From Candidatus Shapirobacteria bacterium (GTDB lineage Bacteria; Patescibacteriota; Microgenomatia; UBA12405): a stretch of 64,000 nt of DNA. Below the pieces are notes generated by a model, which had not been told where the DNA came from, made no database searches, and saw only the letters and a list, made by a program, of their open reading frames with translations. This document shows, piece by piece, positions 40,274 through 49,354 of the stretch; position 1 is the first letter of the stretch, and each line of letters opens with the position of its first letter. The stretch covers positions 69,867-133,866 of the forward strand of contig JBAYIT010000002.1 of the NCBI GenBank assembly GCA_041665485.1, given 5' to 3'. Position numbers and translations under genes: made by a program.

Positions 40274-40299
40274 AAATTGAAAATTGAAAATTGAAAATT
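40268..40299 (+). repeat. heptanucleotide tandem repeat (aattgaa)x4 spanning the stop of one GT4 gene and the TTG start of the next
   Basis: aattgaa aattgaa aattgaa aattgaa aattt. The upstream TGA stop (40271-73) and the downstream TTG start (40284) both lie within the repeat units. Confidence 0.8.
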
Positions 40300-41384
40300 T
40301 CAAGATTGCTATTTTTTTTGATTGGCTCAATCAATGGGGCGGGGCCGAGCGTCTTCTTGGTGACATTTTAACTATTTTCCCCAATGCTAATCTTTATACT
40401 TCAATCTGGGACAAGTCAAAAACACCTTGGTTACCAAGCTCCACCAAAGTCTTTGTTTCAAAACTAAATAATTTTTCTTTTTTTCGCCAAAACTCACCTC
40501 TAAGCCTGGCTCTCCAACCCTTATTCTTGGAACAATTTAACTTTAAAGACTATCAACTAGTTATCTCTCTCACTTCCCAAAACGGCCACTGTCTCCTTAC
40601 TCCACCAGATACAACTTTTGTTTGCTATCACTTAAACCCCAACCGCTATCTTTACCAAATTTCTCACTCTTTACTTAAACATATTTATTCTTTTTACAAA
40701 AAAATAGACTGGATCTTTGCCCAAAGGCCAGACTACTACTTCACCACTTCTCCAACCGTCCAAAATCGAATCAAACAAACCTATGGCCGAGAAGCAGAAA
40801 TTATTCACCCCGGAGTCGACACTGATTTTTTTTGCCCCCCAAAAAACCCCAAACCAGGAAACTATTTTCTCGTTGTCTCCCGTCTGGTTGTTCATAAAAA
40901 AATTGAGCTGGCTATCCGCACTTGTCATCAGCTCAAACAAACGCTTGTTATTGCCGGTACCGGCCGAGACGAAACCCGCCTTAAAGAAATTATCCCCTCG
41001 TCTCCATTTATAAAGTTTGTTGGTCAAGTTTCAGACAAGAAACTATTAACCCTCTACCAAAATTGTCTGGCTCTAATCTGCCCTCAAGAAGAAGATTTTG
41101 GCTTAACCCCACTTGAAGCTATGGCCTGTGACAAACCGGTTATTGCCTACAACCAAGGTGGTATTCCCGACACCATTATCAACCATAAAACCGGCATTTT
41201 ATTTGCCAAACAAACAACCGAATCATTGGCTGAAGCCATTAATTTATTTTTTAAAACTAAGTTCGAAGTTCTAGACTGCCGAAGACAAAGTCTTAAATTT
41301 AGTCGTCGTCGCTTTATGTTAAACTTTACTCATTCACTAAACACAATTCTCCATGATCAACCAAAAATCCAAATTTCTGGTTAA
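40284..41384 (+). CDS. glycosyltransferase, GT4-like (TTG start inside heptamer repeat; start uncertain)
   Basis: N-terminal IAIFFDWLNQWGGAERL is typical of the GT4 N-domain. C-terminal PQEEDFGLTPLEAMACDKPVIAYNQGGIPDTI. Confidence 0.7.
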   Translation: MKIENFKIAIFFDWLNQWGGAERLLGDILTIFPNANLYTSIWDKSKTPWLPSSTKVFVSKLNNFSFFRQNSPLSLALQPLFLEQFNFKDYQLVISLTSQNGHCLLTPPDTTFVCYHLNPNRYLYQISHSLLKHIYSFYKKIDWIFAQRPDYYFTTSPTVQNRIKQTYGREAEIIHPGVDTDFFCPPKNPKPGNYFLVVSRLVVHKKIELAIRTCHQLKQTLVIAGTGRDETRLKEIIPSSPFIKFVGQVSDKKLLTLYQNCLALICPQEEDFGLTPLEAMACDKPVIAYNQGGIPDTIINHKTGILFAKQTTESLAEAINLFFKTKFEVLDCRRQSLKFSRRRFMLNFTHSLNTILHDQPKIQISG

Positions 41385-42024
41385 AACAAGAACCATCCTC
41401 TTTAACCTTTGGAAACGGTTAGTTGATATCTTTAGTTCTCTCTTTCTCCTCCTAATATTTTCACCAATAATGATAATTACGGCTATTATTATTAAAGTTA
41501 GCTCCCCGGGGCCGATATTGTTTAGTCAACTTCGGGTTGGTAAAAATAGTCGCCCATTTCGGATGTACAAATTCCGATCAATGTTTATCGGCGACAACGA
41601 CAAAAGACTTCGTGAAGAACACCCAAAACTATGGGAAAAATACAAAGCTTCTGACTGGAAACTCCCGCTTGAAGAAGATCCGCGGATTACCCCCATCGGC
41701 AAATTCATCAGAAAATTTACCATCGACGAATTTCCTCAACTTTTCAATGTTTTCATTGGCGATATGAGCTTGGTTGGTCCTCGAGCTTACCGCGAAGAAG
41801 AACTCCAGGAGTACTCCAAAAAATACCCTCAAAGCCAAGGACACATCGACGATCTCCGTCAGATTAAACCGGGCATCACTGGCCTCTGGCAAACATCGGG
41901 TAGAAACGAACTACTCTTTGAAAAAAGAGCCGAGCTTGACTCCTACTACGCCCGCAATCTTTCTTTTCGCCAAGATATGAGAATTATTCTTAAAACACCC
42001 CTCGCCATGCTTTCTCGCTGGTAA
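41353..42024 (+). CDS. polyprenyl-phosphate sugar phosphotransferase (bacterial sugar transferase family; WbaP/PglC-like, short single-TM form)
   Basis: SPGPILFSQLRVGKNSRPFRMYKFRSM and DEFPQLFNVFIGDMSLVGPRA are hallmark motifs of the monotopic phosphoglycosyl transferases. Confidence 0.8.
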   Translation: MINQKSKFLVKTRTILFNLWKRLVDIFSSLFLLLIFSPIMIITAIIIKVSSPGPILFSQLRVGKNSRPFRMYKFRSMFIGDNDKRLREEHPKLWEKYKASDWKLPLEEDPRITPIGKFIRKFTIDEFPQLFNVFIGDMSLVGPRAYREEELQEYSKKYPQSQGHIDDLRQIKPGITGLWQTSGRNELLFEKRAELDSYYARNLSFRQDMRIILKTPLAMLSRW

Positions 42025-42053
42025 TATTAACTTTTTTCCATTAGACTTACTAA

Positions 42054-43937
42054 GTGAAAATAAAAAACATTCTCATTTCTATTATTTCTGTTCTAGTAAT
42101 TCTTGGCACTGTTCTTAGTTGCCTCGGCTTCTTTTTTGTTTATCTTCCCGGAAAGGAAGTTCAACAATCAGTTCAAAACGCAGTCGATAAGACCAAAACA
42201 CTCCAACAGGCTATTAGCTCCAAAGATCTTAAACTGGCCAAAGAAACATTAGTCGACGTCCGCCGACAACTCCAGGTAGTTAGTCAAAAAACAGAAAAAT
42301 TTAAATTTTTTCAAAAGTTACCCCGATTAAAATATTACTATCAAGACTCGCAGACTTTTCTTGATATTGCCAGTAATTCTATTGATATTGGCGATATTGT
42401 TATCGCTGCCATCGAGCCATATTCTGATTTTCTTGGACTTGCTGGTAGTAGCACCGATAGTGCTAAAACCACCCAAGATAGAATTGCTTTCCTAACCCAA
42501 AGTGTTGAAAGCCTGATTCCTCACCTTAATAGCATCGAAACCAAATTTGGCCAAATCAAATCTGACCTCGATAAAATTGATCCCAATCTATATCCTGAAA
42601 ATCTTCGTGGCTACCCGCTTCGCTCATACCTAATGAAGGCCAAACAAATGACTGACGAAACCTACGGCTATTTTAAAGACAGCCGTCCGTTACTTGAAAA
42701 AACTGCTTGGCTACTTGGCAAAGATAAACCCCGAAACTACTTTCTCATTTTTCAAAATGATGCGGAACTTCGCCCGACTGGGGGATTTTGGACCGCCTAC
42801 GGTATTCTCAAAGTCGATAATGGCAAAGTTACACCCCTAATCTCTGATGATATCTACGCTCTCGACGCCAAATTTCAAAGCACCATTCCTGCCCCTCGCC
42901 CGATCAAGGCCTATCATCTCAACGTCCCTTACTGGAATTTACGGGACATGAATATCTCTCCAGATTTTCCTGAAAGCATCAAAACTTTCTTAGGATACTA
43001 CAATAAAATATCTGGCAACAAAGACAAAATAGACGCTGTCGTCGCCATTGACACCCAAGTTCTGGTTGACCTTGTTAAGGTTTTGGGTAGAGTTGGTGTT
43101 TCCGGCTGGGGAAACTTTTCTGCCGACCCCGACAAACGCTGTGATGGTTGCCCTCAAATTATCTATCAACTTGAATGGATTGCCGGCCGGCCCAGAAATT
43201 ACATTGAAACTGATCGCAAGGGCTTTCTTGGCCCTCTAATGCAAGCCCTGTTAAGCAATGCTATGGGGTCAGAAAAAAGTAAAATCCCTCTCTTGGTAGA
43301 AGCCGCCGTTAATAATATTCACCAGAAACATATCCTCTTCTATTTTATTGACCCTTTAATGCAACAGTCAGCCGTTACTGCCAATGTTTCCGGCTCAATC
43401 TATCAATCACCGGCTAAGATGGACTATTTTCATCTCAACGATGCCAATATGAGCAGTGCCAAAACAAATTTATTTTTAAAACAAAAAATTAAACACGAAA
43501 TTATTTCTCAAAACGGTGTCGTCGAACATAAAGTCACCATTACTTATCAAAATCCGTCCAAAGCTAGTAATTGTAATCTAGAAAAAGGAGACCTTTGTCT
43601 CAACGCCCCTAAATATCGTGATTGGTTTAGGTTCTATGTTCCCCTCGGTTCCAAATTAGTTAAAATGACCGGCTCTGAAGTTGATCCGGTTCTTTACGAA
43701 GAACTAGGCAAGCAAGTTTTTGAAGGATTTTATGGCAACAAATATCCTCTTTATGCTCAAGGTAGCCTTAAAACATCAATCCAATACCAATCATCAGTCG
43801 CCCCAAGTAGTCAATATACTCTCTACCTCCAAAAACAACCCGGAACCAAGGCTATTCCCTATGAACTTTGGGTCAATGGTCAAAAATACGACGAGTTTTC
43901 CTGGACAACCGACAAGATCATCAAACTCTCTCTTTAA
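42054..43937 (+). CDS. DUF4012 domain protein (exported, N-terminal TM anchor)
   Basis: GTG start. FLIFQNDAELRPTGGFWTAYGILKVDNGKV matches the DUF4012 conserved ELRPTGGF motif. 627 aa. Confidence 0.55.
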   Translation: MKIKNILISIISVLVILGTVLSCLGFFFVYLPGKEVQQSVQNAVDKTKTLQQAISSKDLKLAKETLVDVRRQLQVVSQKTEKFKFFQKLPRLKYYYQDSQTFLDIASNSIDIGDIVIAAIEPYSDFLGLAGSSTDSAKTTQDRIAFLTQSVESLIPHLNSIETKFGQIKSDLDKIDPNLYPENLRGYPLRSYLMKAKQMTDETYGYFKDSRPLLEKTAWLLGKDKPRNYFLIFQNDAELRPTGGFWTAYGILKVDNGKVTPLISDDIYALDAKFQSTIPAPRPIKAYHLNVPYWNLRDMNISPDFPESIKTFLGYYNKISGNKDKIDAVVAIDTQVLVDLVKVLGRVGVSGWGNFSADPDKRCDGCPQIIYQLEWIAGRPRNYIETDRKGFLGPLMQALLSNAMGSEKSKIPLLVEAAVNNIHQKHILFYFIDPLMQQSAVTANVSGSIYQSPAKMDYFHLNDANMSSAKTNLFLKQKIKHEIISQNGVVEHKVTITYQNPSKASNCNLEKGDLCLNAPKYRDWFRFYVPLGSKLVKMTGSEVDPVLYEELGKQVFEGFYGNKYPLYAQGSLKTSIQYQSSVAPSSQYTLYLQKQPGTKAIPYELWVNGQKYDEFSWTTDKIIKLSL

Positions 43938-43939
43938 TA

Positions 43940-44494
43940 ATGTCCGAATTTGTTGTTACAAGGGCAATCGTCATCAATCGTCTCCCCAAGGAAAATAATA
44001 TTGACATCACTCTTCTCACCGAAAAACTGGGTAAGATTTACGTCAAAGCCAATGGGGCCCAAAAGATAACCAGTCGTCGTTTGGGCCAAATTCAACTCGG
44101 CAATATTATCAACGCCCATCTCTATCGTCATCAAAACAGCTTTTGGTTATCCGAAAGCATCGTCGAATCAGCCTTTCTCCAAAACCAAATCAGCCTGTCA
44201 CAATCAAACCTTCTCTTTTTTATCCTAGAAGTTAGCAATCGACTTCTCCCCACCGAAGTCAATCAACCGGAGATATTTTTCACCATCAAGCAAGCTGTCG
44301 ATAACATCAAAAGAAATTCTTTTGCCAAATTAATTGACAATGAAATCAAATTTCTTGATCTTCTTGGGTTCGGCCCACCCGAAGAGATAATTTTATCTTT
44401 CGATCAAAAAAAATATCGTCACTGCCAACAGCTAATTACCGCCTATTTCGAATCTCTCACCAACTACCAATTCCAAAGTTTAAAATTATGGTAA
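43940..44494 (+). CDS. recO: DNA repair protein RecO-like (short, N-terminal OB-fold plus helical region)
   Basis: Start at ATG 43940. RAIVINRLPKENNIDITLLTEKLGKIYVKANGAQKITSRRLGQIQLGNIIN is a RecO-type OB-fold pattern. 184 aa is shorter than canonical RecO. Confidence 0.5.
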   Translation: MSEFVVTRAIVINRLPKENNIDITLLTEKLGKIYVKANGAQKITSRRLGQIQLGNIINAHLYRHQNSFWLSESIVESAFLQNQISLSQSNLLFFILEVSNRLLPTEVNQPEIFFTIKQAVDNIKRNSFAKLIDNEIKFLDLLGFGPPEEIILSFDQKKYRHCQQLITAYFESLTNYQFQSLKLW

Positions 44495-44640
44495 ACTAAC
44501 AGATTGCAACGATGAAAAGGTTGGCATCTTGGAGTTGCTAAACAAAGTGGTCCGATAACTATCGGACAACCAGAGTGGAACCGCGGCTTTCGAAAATAAT
44601 TCGAAATTCGTCTCTGATAATTATTTAATTATTAGAGACC
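44495..44640 (+). ncRNA. T-box riboswitch-like leader (glycine specific) upstream of glyS
   Basis: T-box consensus-like AGAGUGGAACCGCGG at 44572-44586, including the UGGA bulge that pairs with tRNA-Gly ACCA/UCCA. A stem gcaac...gttgc (44506-44538) encloses a loop containing GGC followed by A (Gly specifier) at 44523-44526. Downstream hairpin tttcgaa-aataa-ttcgaaa (44588-44606). Sits directly 5' of the glycyl-tRNA synthetase ATG. Confidence 0.5.
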
Positions 44641-45963
44641 ATGGAACAAAATAAAAACCAAGACGACACCGTCAGTAAAATAGTATCCCTGTGTAAACGT
44701 CGGGGAATAATCTTTCAAAATAGCGAGATTTACGGCGGGGTTCAAGGTTTCTATGATTTTGGCCCAATTGGTTCTTTAATGAAAAAAAATTGGAAAGATG
44801 CGTGGATCCATGACAACGTCACCAGTCGTAAAGACGTGGTCATGATCGACGGTTCAATTATTACTCACCCCCGTGTCTGGGAAGCCTCCGGCCATGTTAA
44901 AAATTTTGCTGATGATTTGGTCGAATGCAAATCCTGCCACAAAAGATTTCGCCCCGACCTTATTAATAATGCCGCCAAATGTCCTGAATGTAATGGTGAA
45001 CTTACCGACCCCCGCAAATACAATATTCTTTTTCATACCGAAATTGGGGTTATTGAAGGTGAAAAACTCCCTGCCTATCTAAGAGGAGAAGCCTGCCAAA
45101 CCATTTATCTCGATTTCAAAAATATTGTCGATAGCACCAGGGTAAAAATCCCCTTTGGTATCGCCCAAATAGGGAAAGCCTTTAGAAACGAAATCACTCC
45201 CAAAAACTTCCTTTATCGCACCCGCGAATTCGAGCAATGGGATATTCAATATTTCGTTCACCCCTCCGATATGGACAAGTGGTACGAATATTGGAAAAGT
45301 CAAAGAATGTCTTGGTACCAAAAATATTTTAATCAACAAGACAATTTACGTTTCCGCCAACACCAACCAGACGAATTAGTTTTTTATGCCAAAAAAGCCT
45401 TTGATATTGAATTTAATGCTCCTTGGGGCTGGGCTGAAATGGAAGGTATCCATTGGCGCTCTGACTACGATCTTACCCAACATTCCAAGTTTAGTGGCCA
45501 AGATTTGTCTTATCTTGATCCGATTACTCACGAAAAGTATCTTCCCTGGATTGCCGAAACTTCCGGAGGAGTCGACCGTAGTTTTTTCTTCCTCCTTCTT
45601 GATAGCTATCGGGAAGACAAACTAGAATCCGGCGAAATCCGCACTTGGCTCAAAATCCACCCCAAAATCGCCGCCTATAAAGCCGCCATCTTCCCTCTGG
45701 CTTCAAATAAACCAGAGTTAGTTTCCAAAGCCGAAAGTATTTATCAAACTTTATCGCAAAACTATTCTATCGATTTTGATGATAGTAGTAATATCGGTAA
45801 AAAATACCGTCGCCAAGACGAAATTGGCACCCCTTGGTGTGTTGTTGTTGACTACCAAACCATCACCGACAACACTGTCACTATTCGTGACCGCGACACC
45901 ATGGAACAAATTCGGCTTTCAAGTCAGGATCTTTCTTCTTGGTTACAAACTAAACTATCTTAA
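44641..45963 (+). CDS. glyS: glycine--tRNA ligase, alpha2 homodimeric type
   Basis: N-terminus LCKRRGIIFQNSEIYGGVQGFYDFGPIGSLMKKNW is the class II GlyRS signature. Motif 2/3 regions present (FRNEITPKNFLYRTREFEQ, GGVDRSFF). Confidence 0.85.
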   Translation: MEQNKNQDDTVSKIVSLCKRRGIIFQNSEIYGGVQGFYDFGPIGSLMKKNWKDAWIHDNVTSRKDVVMIDGSIITHPRVWEASGHVKNFADDLVECKSCHKRFRPDLINNAAKCPECNGELTDPRKYNILFHTEIGVIEGEKLPAYLRGEACQTIYLDFKNIVDSTRVKIPFGIAQIGKAFRNEITPKNFLYRTREFEQWDIQYFVHPSDMDKWYEYWKSQRMSWYQKYFNQQDNLRFRQHQPDELVFYAKKAFDIEFNAPWGWAEMEGIHWRSDYDLTQHSKFSGQDLSYLDPITHEKYLPWIAETSGGVDRSFFFLLLDSYREDKLESGEIRTWLKIHPKIAAYKAAIFPLASNKPELVSKAESIYQTLSQNYSIDFDDSSNIGKKYRRQDEIGTPWCVVVDYQTITDNTVTIRDRDTMEQIRLSSQDLSSWLQTKLS

Positions 45964-45977
45964 TCTATAATCAAACT

Positions 45978-46670
45978 ATGGATATAAGAAAAATAACTCT
46001 CTTCGTTCTGGTTATCTTCTCCGGCTTGGCCCTTTCAGGTTGCGGACCGGCCAAAAAAATTGAAACAACAATTACCCCCACCCCCATCCCAAGAGTTGTT
46101 GAGATGCCAGCGGAAGATAGGCCACATATCAGCTTGATTCCCCGGGTGGACGGCCACGAACTCAAACTTAAGATAGACAAAATTCCAAGCTACGTTTCTC
46201 AAATTGAGTACGAGTTACTCTACACCGCCACCGATGAAGGCAACGAAATAGAAAAAGGAGTAGGGGACACCATAAAAGTTACCGGTAACAACCTGGAAAG
46301 AGATCTATTATTGGGAACTGCCAGTTGTACCAACGGCTGTAAATACAAATATGATGCCAACATCAACGGCGGAACCCTAACCCTTACTTTTATTAATCAA
46401 AATTCTCAAGTTTCCACCTATCAAACACCTTTTCGTTTCGTTTCCGGATCAGAATTAAAAAAGACAAAACTTCTGGACCTTCCAACCGAGAATTTTTCTA
46501 TTAGTCTCAATAATCCCGCTTCAGAATTTTTCATCCTACTTAAAAATTACCGCCCCGGATTTTCCGTTTTCAGTAGCGGTTCCGGTAAAGGAAAAGTTAT
46601 CTCCATCACTCCATCCACCTTTACTAAAACCGATCTCAATCTGATTAGTGGCGAATATCTCGGACCTTAA
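45978..46670 (+). CDS. lipoprotein, unknown function
   Basis: Signal peptide with lipobox LALSGC at residues 17-22. Hydrophilic Thr/Gly-rich mature region. Confidence 0.5.
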   Translation: MDIRKITLFVLVIFSGLALSGCGPAKKIETTITPTPIPRVVEMPAEDRPHISLIPRVDGHELKLKIDKIPSYVSQIEYELLYTATDEGNEIEKGVGDTIKVTGNNLERDLLLGTASCTNGCKYKYDANINGGTLTLTFINQNSQVSTYQTPFRFVSGSELKKTKLLDLPTENFSISLNNPASEFFILLKNYRPGFSVFSSGSGKGKVISITPSTFTKTDLNLISGEYLGP

Positions 46671-47530
46671 TGGATTACCACCAATCTGTTCTAGCCAATG
46701 AAATAGTTCAATTACTCTCTCCTGATTCTAATAAAATATTCATCGACGCCACTCTCGGCCACGGCGGACACACCCTAAAATTACTCGAAAGGGGAGCTAT
46801 TGTTTACGGACTTGACGCCGATCCATTATCCCTTGAAATTGCCAAAAAAAGGATTGGTAAAAACAGCAATTTCCACCCAATTAATGCAAACTTTAGAGAT
46901 ATTGGCCAAATTTTTAAAATCCAAATCAATCAACCACTTGACGGCATACTTTTTGATCTTGGTCTAAATCTTTATCAACTTAAACAACAAAATCGCGGAT
47001 TTTCTTTTGACGATACCGACACTCTCGATATGAGACTGAACCCAGATCAATCTTCGCCTACAGCTACCGACCTGATCAACAAACTCACCCAGACTGAACT
47101 TGAAAACTTATTTTCAAAATATGTTCAACAACCATTTTCTCGAGAAATATGTCAAACCATTGTCAATCGTCGGCAACACAGGAAAATAACCACCGCCAAA
47201 GAGCTATCTGAAATCGTAAAAGAATTTTATCTTCAGAAAAAAATATTTTCTTCAAAACATCCCGCCACTCTTATTTTTCTCGGCCTAAGAATCGCCGTTA
47301 ATCAGGAATTTGAATCGCTATCTCTGGCTCTCAATGACTGCTTATCAATCGGACTTCCCAAAACTACTATCGCCGTCATCAGTTTTCATTCCGGAGAGGA
47401 CCGGATTGTAAAAAACTTCATTCGCCAAAACAATCTCCCAACCGGACAAATTAAAAAACCGTCAACTTCGGAAATCCACCAAAACCCACTCTCTCGATCG
47501 GCCATATTAAGATGGTTTAGCCCAAAATGA
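46670..47530 (+). CDS. rsmH: 16S rRNA (cytosine1402-N4)-methyltransferase
   Basis: MDYHQSVLANEIVQLL...FIDATLGHGGHT and GILFDLGLN are RsmH/MraW motifs. First gene of the dcw cluster. Confidence 0.85.
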   Translation: MDYHQSVLANEIVQLLSPDSNKIFIDATLGHGGHTLKLLERGAIVYGLDADPLSLEIAKKRIGKNSNFHPINANFRDIGQIFKIQINQPLDGILFDLGLNLYQLKQQNRGFSFDDTDTLDMRLNPDQSSPTATDLINKLTQTELENLFSKYVQQPFSREICQTIVNRRQHRKITTAKELSEIVKEFYLQKKIFSSKHPATLIFLGLRIAVNQEFESLSLALNDCLSIGLPKTTIAVISFHSGEDRIVKNFIRQNNLPTGQIKKPSTSEIHQNPLSRSAILRWFSPK

Positions 47531-47772
47531 GTAAAATCATTAAGATCACCTTTGTCGTTATTCTTATTCTGGAGCTGACCTTCTCTATTATCTATTCTCA
47601 AATAATAGTTGAGTTAAACGGGCTGTTTCAACAATCCCAAAGCCAAGTTTCTCAAGCCAACGAACTCAATCTTGATTTAACTCAAAAACTATCAGAAATT
47701 ACCTCAATCAAATCTCTCTTGGCCAGTAGTTCAGCTAAAAATTTAAAGCCAATAACCAATGTTCTCTACTAG
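47527..47772 (+). CDS. ftsL: cell division protein FtsL-like (single TM plus coiled coil)
   Basis: 81 aa. N-terminal TM (ITFVVILILELTFSIIY) then a Q/L-rich coiled coil. Sits between rsmH and ftsI with 4-nt overlaps. Confidence 0.45.
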   Translation: MSKIIKITFVVILILELTFSIIYSQIIVELNGLFQQSQSQVSQANELNLDLTQKLSEITSIKSLLASSSAKNLKPITNVLY

Positions 47773-49342
47773 AGTTGGCTCTTTATCTGTTGCCATTATC
47801 ACTAGTTTTATTGTTATATTAGGCCGAATTATTTACTGGCAGTTTTACACTCCAACCAATCTTCGTCGTCAAGAAACCAGCCAAAACTATAGTGATCACC
47901 AAATAGACGAAAATCAAGGAAAAATATACTACAAAGACCATTCTCTCCTGGCTGGAAACAAAAGGGTATACAAATTATCTCTTTATAAACCAAATCTAGA
48001 TAAACCAATTGAAGATGTCCGTCTAATCCTTGAAAAGGAGATCACCAACCTTTTGCCTCAAGATAAAATTCGTCTCCGTTCAATTGTGGAGAAACCAAAC
48101 CTCAAGTGGGTTGACTTTGAAACCGAGATCACCAAGGAACAATATCAAAAAATAAGCACCATTGCCGGCCTCGAATTCAAATCAAAAACTAGTCGTTATT
48201 ACCCCGAGTCGGATTTGTCTCAAAATCTCTTTTTTGGTATAGAAAGCTACTATCGCCGACAACTCCAAGGAAAACCAGGATACTTTTATTCCAATCAGGA
48301 CGCTCTCGGATTACCGGTTTTAACTCAGCATTCATTATATATCGAACCAGTTGACGGTCTCGATCTATCTACGTCTATTGACCGAAGAATACAGTATTTA
48401 ACTGAAACCACCATCGCCGACGGCATCAATAAATATTCCGCTGACTCGGGAATGGCAATTGTTCTGGACCCTCAGTCAGGAGCCGTTTTAAGCCTCGTCA
48501 GTCTTGAGTCTAGCCCTTCTGCTAACCAAAACTCAAAGCTAATTGATCCAATTAGTCATCTCTTTGAACCAGGCTCAATTTTCAAACCATTAGTTGTTGC
48601 TGCCGCTCTCGATTCCAATTCCATCAGCGATGATTATGTCTGCCCCAAATGCGATCAACCATTTATTGCCAGCGGTTTCTCCATCAACAATTGGGACAAA
48701 TCTTTCCACCCCAACACTGACATTAAAGACATTATCAAAAATTCTGACAATATTGGTATGAGTAATATTGTCTTTGTTCTCGGCCAAAAACAATTTCTTA
48801 AGTATTTTAACCTTCTTGGTTTGGACAAAAAAACCGGCATTGACCTCCCCAGTGAAAATATCTCTCCAGTCAAATCATACTGGTCTGACATTGATCTGGC
48901 CACCGCCTCCTTCGGCCAAGGGCTTGCGGTTACCCCCATTCAAATGATTCAGGCCTTCAACTCTCTGGCCAACTCCGGCAAAATCGTTCATCCTCACATC
49001 AATCTTAATAACCCAATTAAGCCACCCATCAAAGTTTACTCTGAAAACACCGTCGAAAAAATAAATCAGATTCTTTCCTACGCCGTCAACAACGGAGTTG
49101 TCTCCCAATTCAAACCAAAAGATCTTGATGTTTGTGCAAAAAGTGGCACTGCTCAGGTCGCCATAAACGGACAATATTCCGACAACTCTTTCATCGCCTC
49201 ATATATTGGCTACTCTCCCTGTCGCCATCCCAAATTTACTTTACTCATAACCCTCTCCAATCCCAAAAGCTCGTCTTGGGGATCAAGTACTGCTGCCCCT
49301 TTGTGGTTCTCGTTAGCGGAAAAAATAGACAAACTGCTATAA
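47759..49342 (+). CDS. ftsI: penicillin-binding protein 2B/FtsI-type transpeptidase
   Basis: SxxK (GSIFKP), SxN (NSDNIG) and KSG(T) (AKSGTAQV) transpeptidase motifs. N-terminal TM and dimerisation domain. Confidence 0.85.
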   Translation: MFSTRVGSLSVAIITSFIVILGRIIYWQFYTPTNLRRQETSQNYSDHQIDENQGKIYYKDHSLLAGNKRVYKLSLYKPNLDKPIEDVRLILEKEITNLLPQDKIRLRSIVEKPNLKWVDFETEITKEQYQKISTIAGLEFKSKTSRYYPESDLSQNLFFGIESYYRRQLQGKPGYFYSNQDALGLPVLTQHSLYIEPVDGLDLSTSIDRRIQYLTETTIADGINKYSADSGMAIVLDPQSGAVLSLVSLESSPSANQNSKLIDPISHLFEPGSIFKPLVVAAALDSNSISDDYVCPKCDQPFIASGFSINNWDKSFHPNTDIKDIIKNSDNIGMSNIVFVLGQKQFLKYFNLLGLDKKTGIDLPSENISPVKSYWSDIDLATASFGQGLAVTPIQMIQAFNSLANSGKIVHPHINLNNPIKPPIKVYSENTVEKINQILSYAVNNGVVSQFKPKDLDVCAKSGTAQVAINGQYSDNSFIASYIGYSPCRHPKFTLLITLSNPKSSSWGSSTAAPLWFSLAEKIDKLL

Positions 49343-49354
49343 TTTAGCCATATC

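Noticed and set aside
30261-40299. Possibility that the short tandem repeats are a CRISPR array
   Set aside because: Units are 7-8 nt with no spacers, lie inside coding sequences, and no cas genes are present. They are simple-sequence repeats, not CRISPR.
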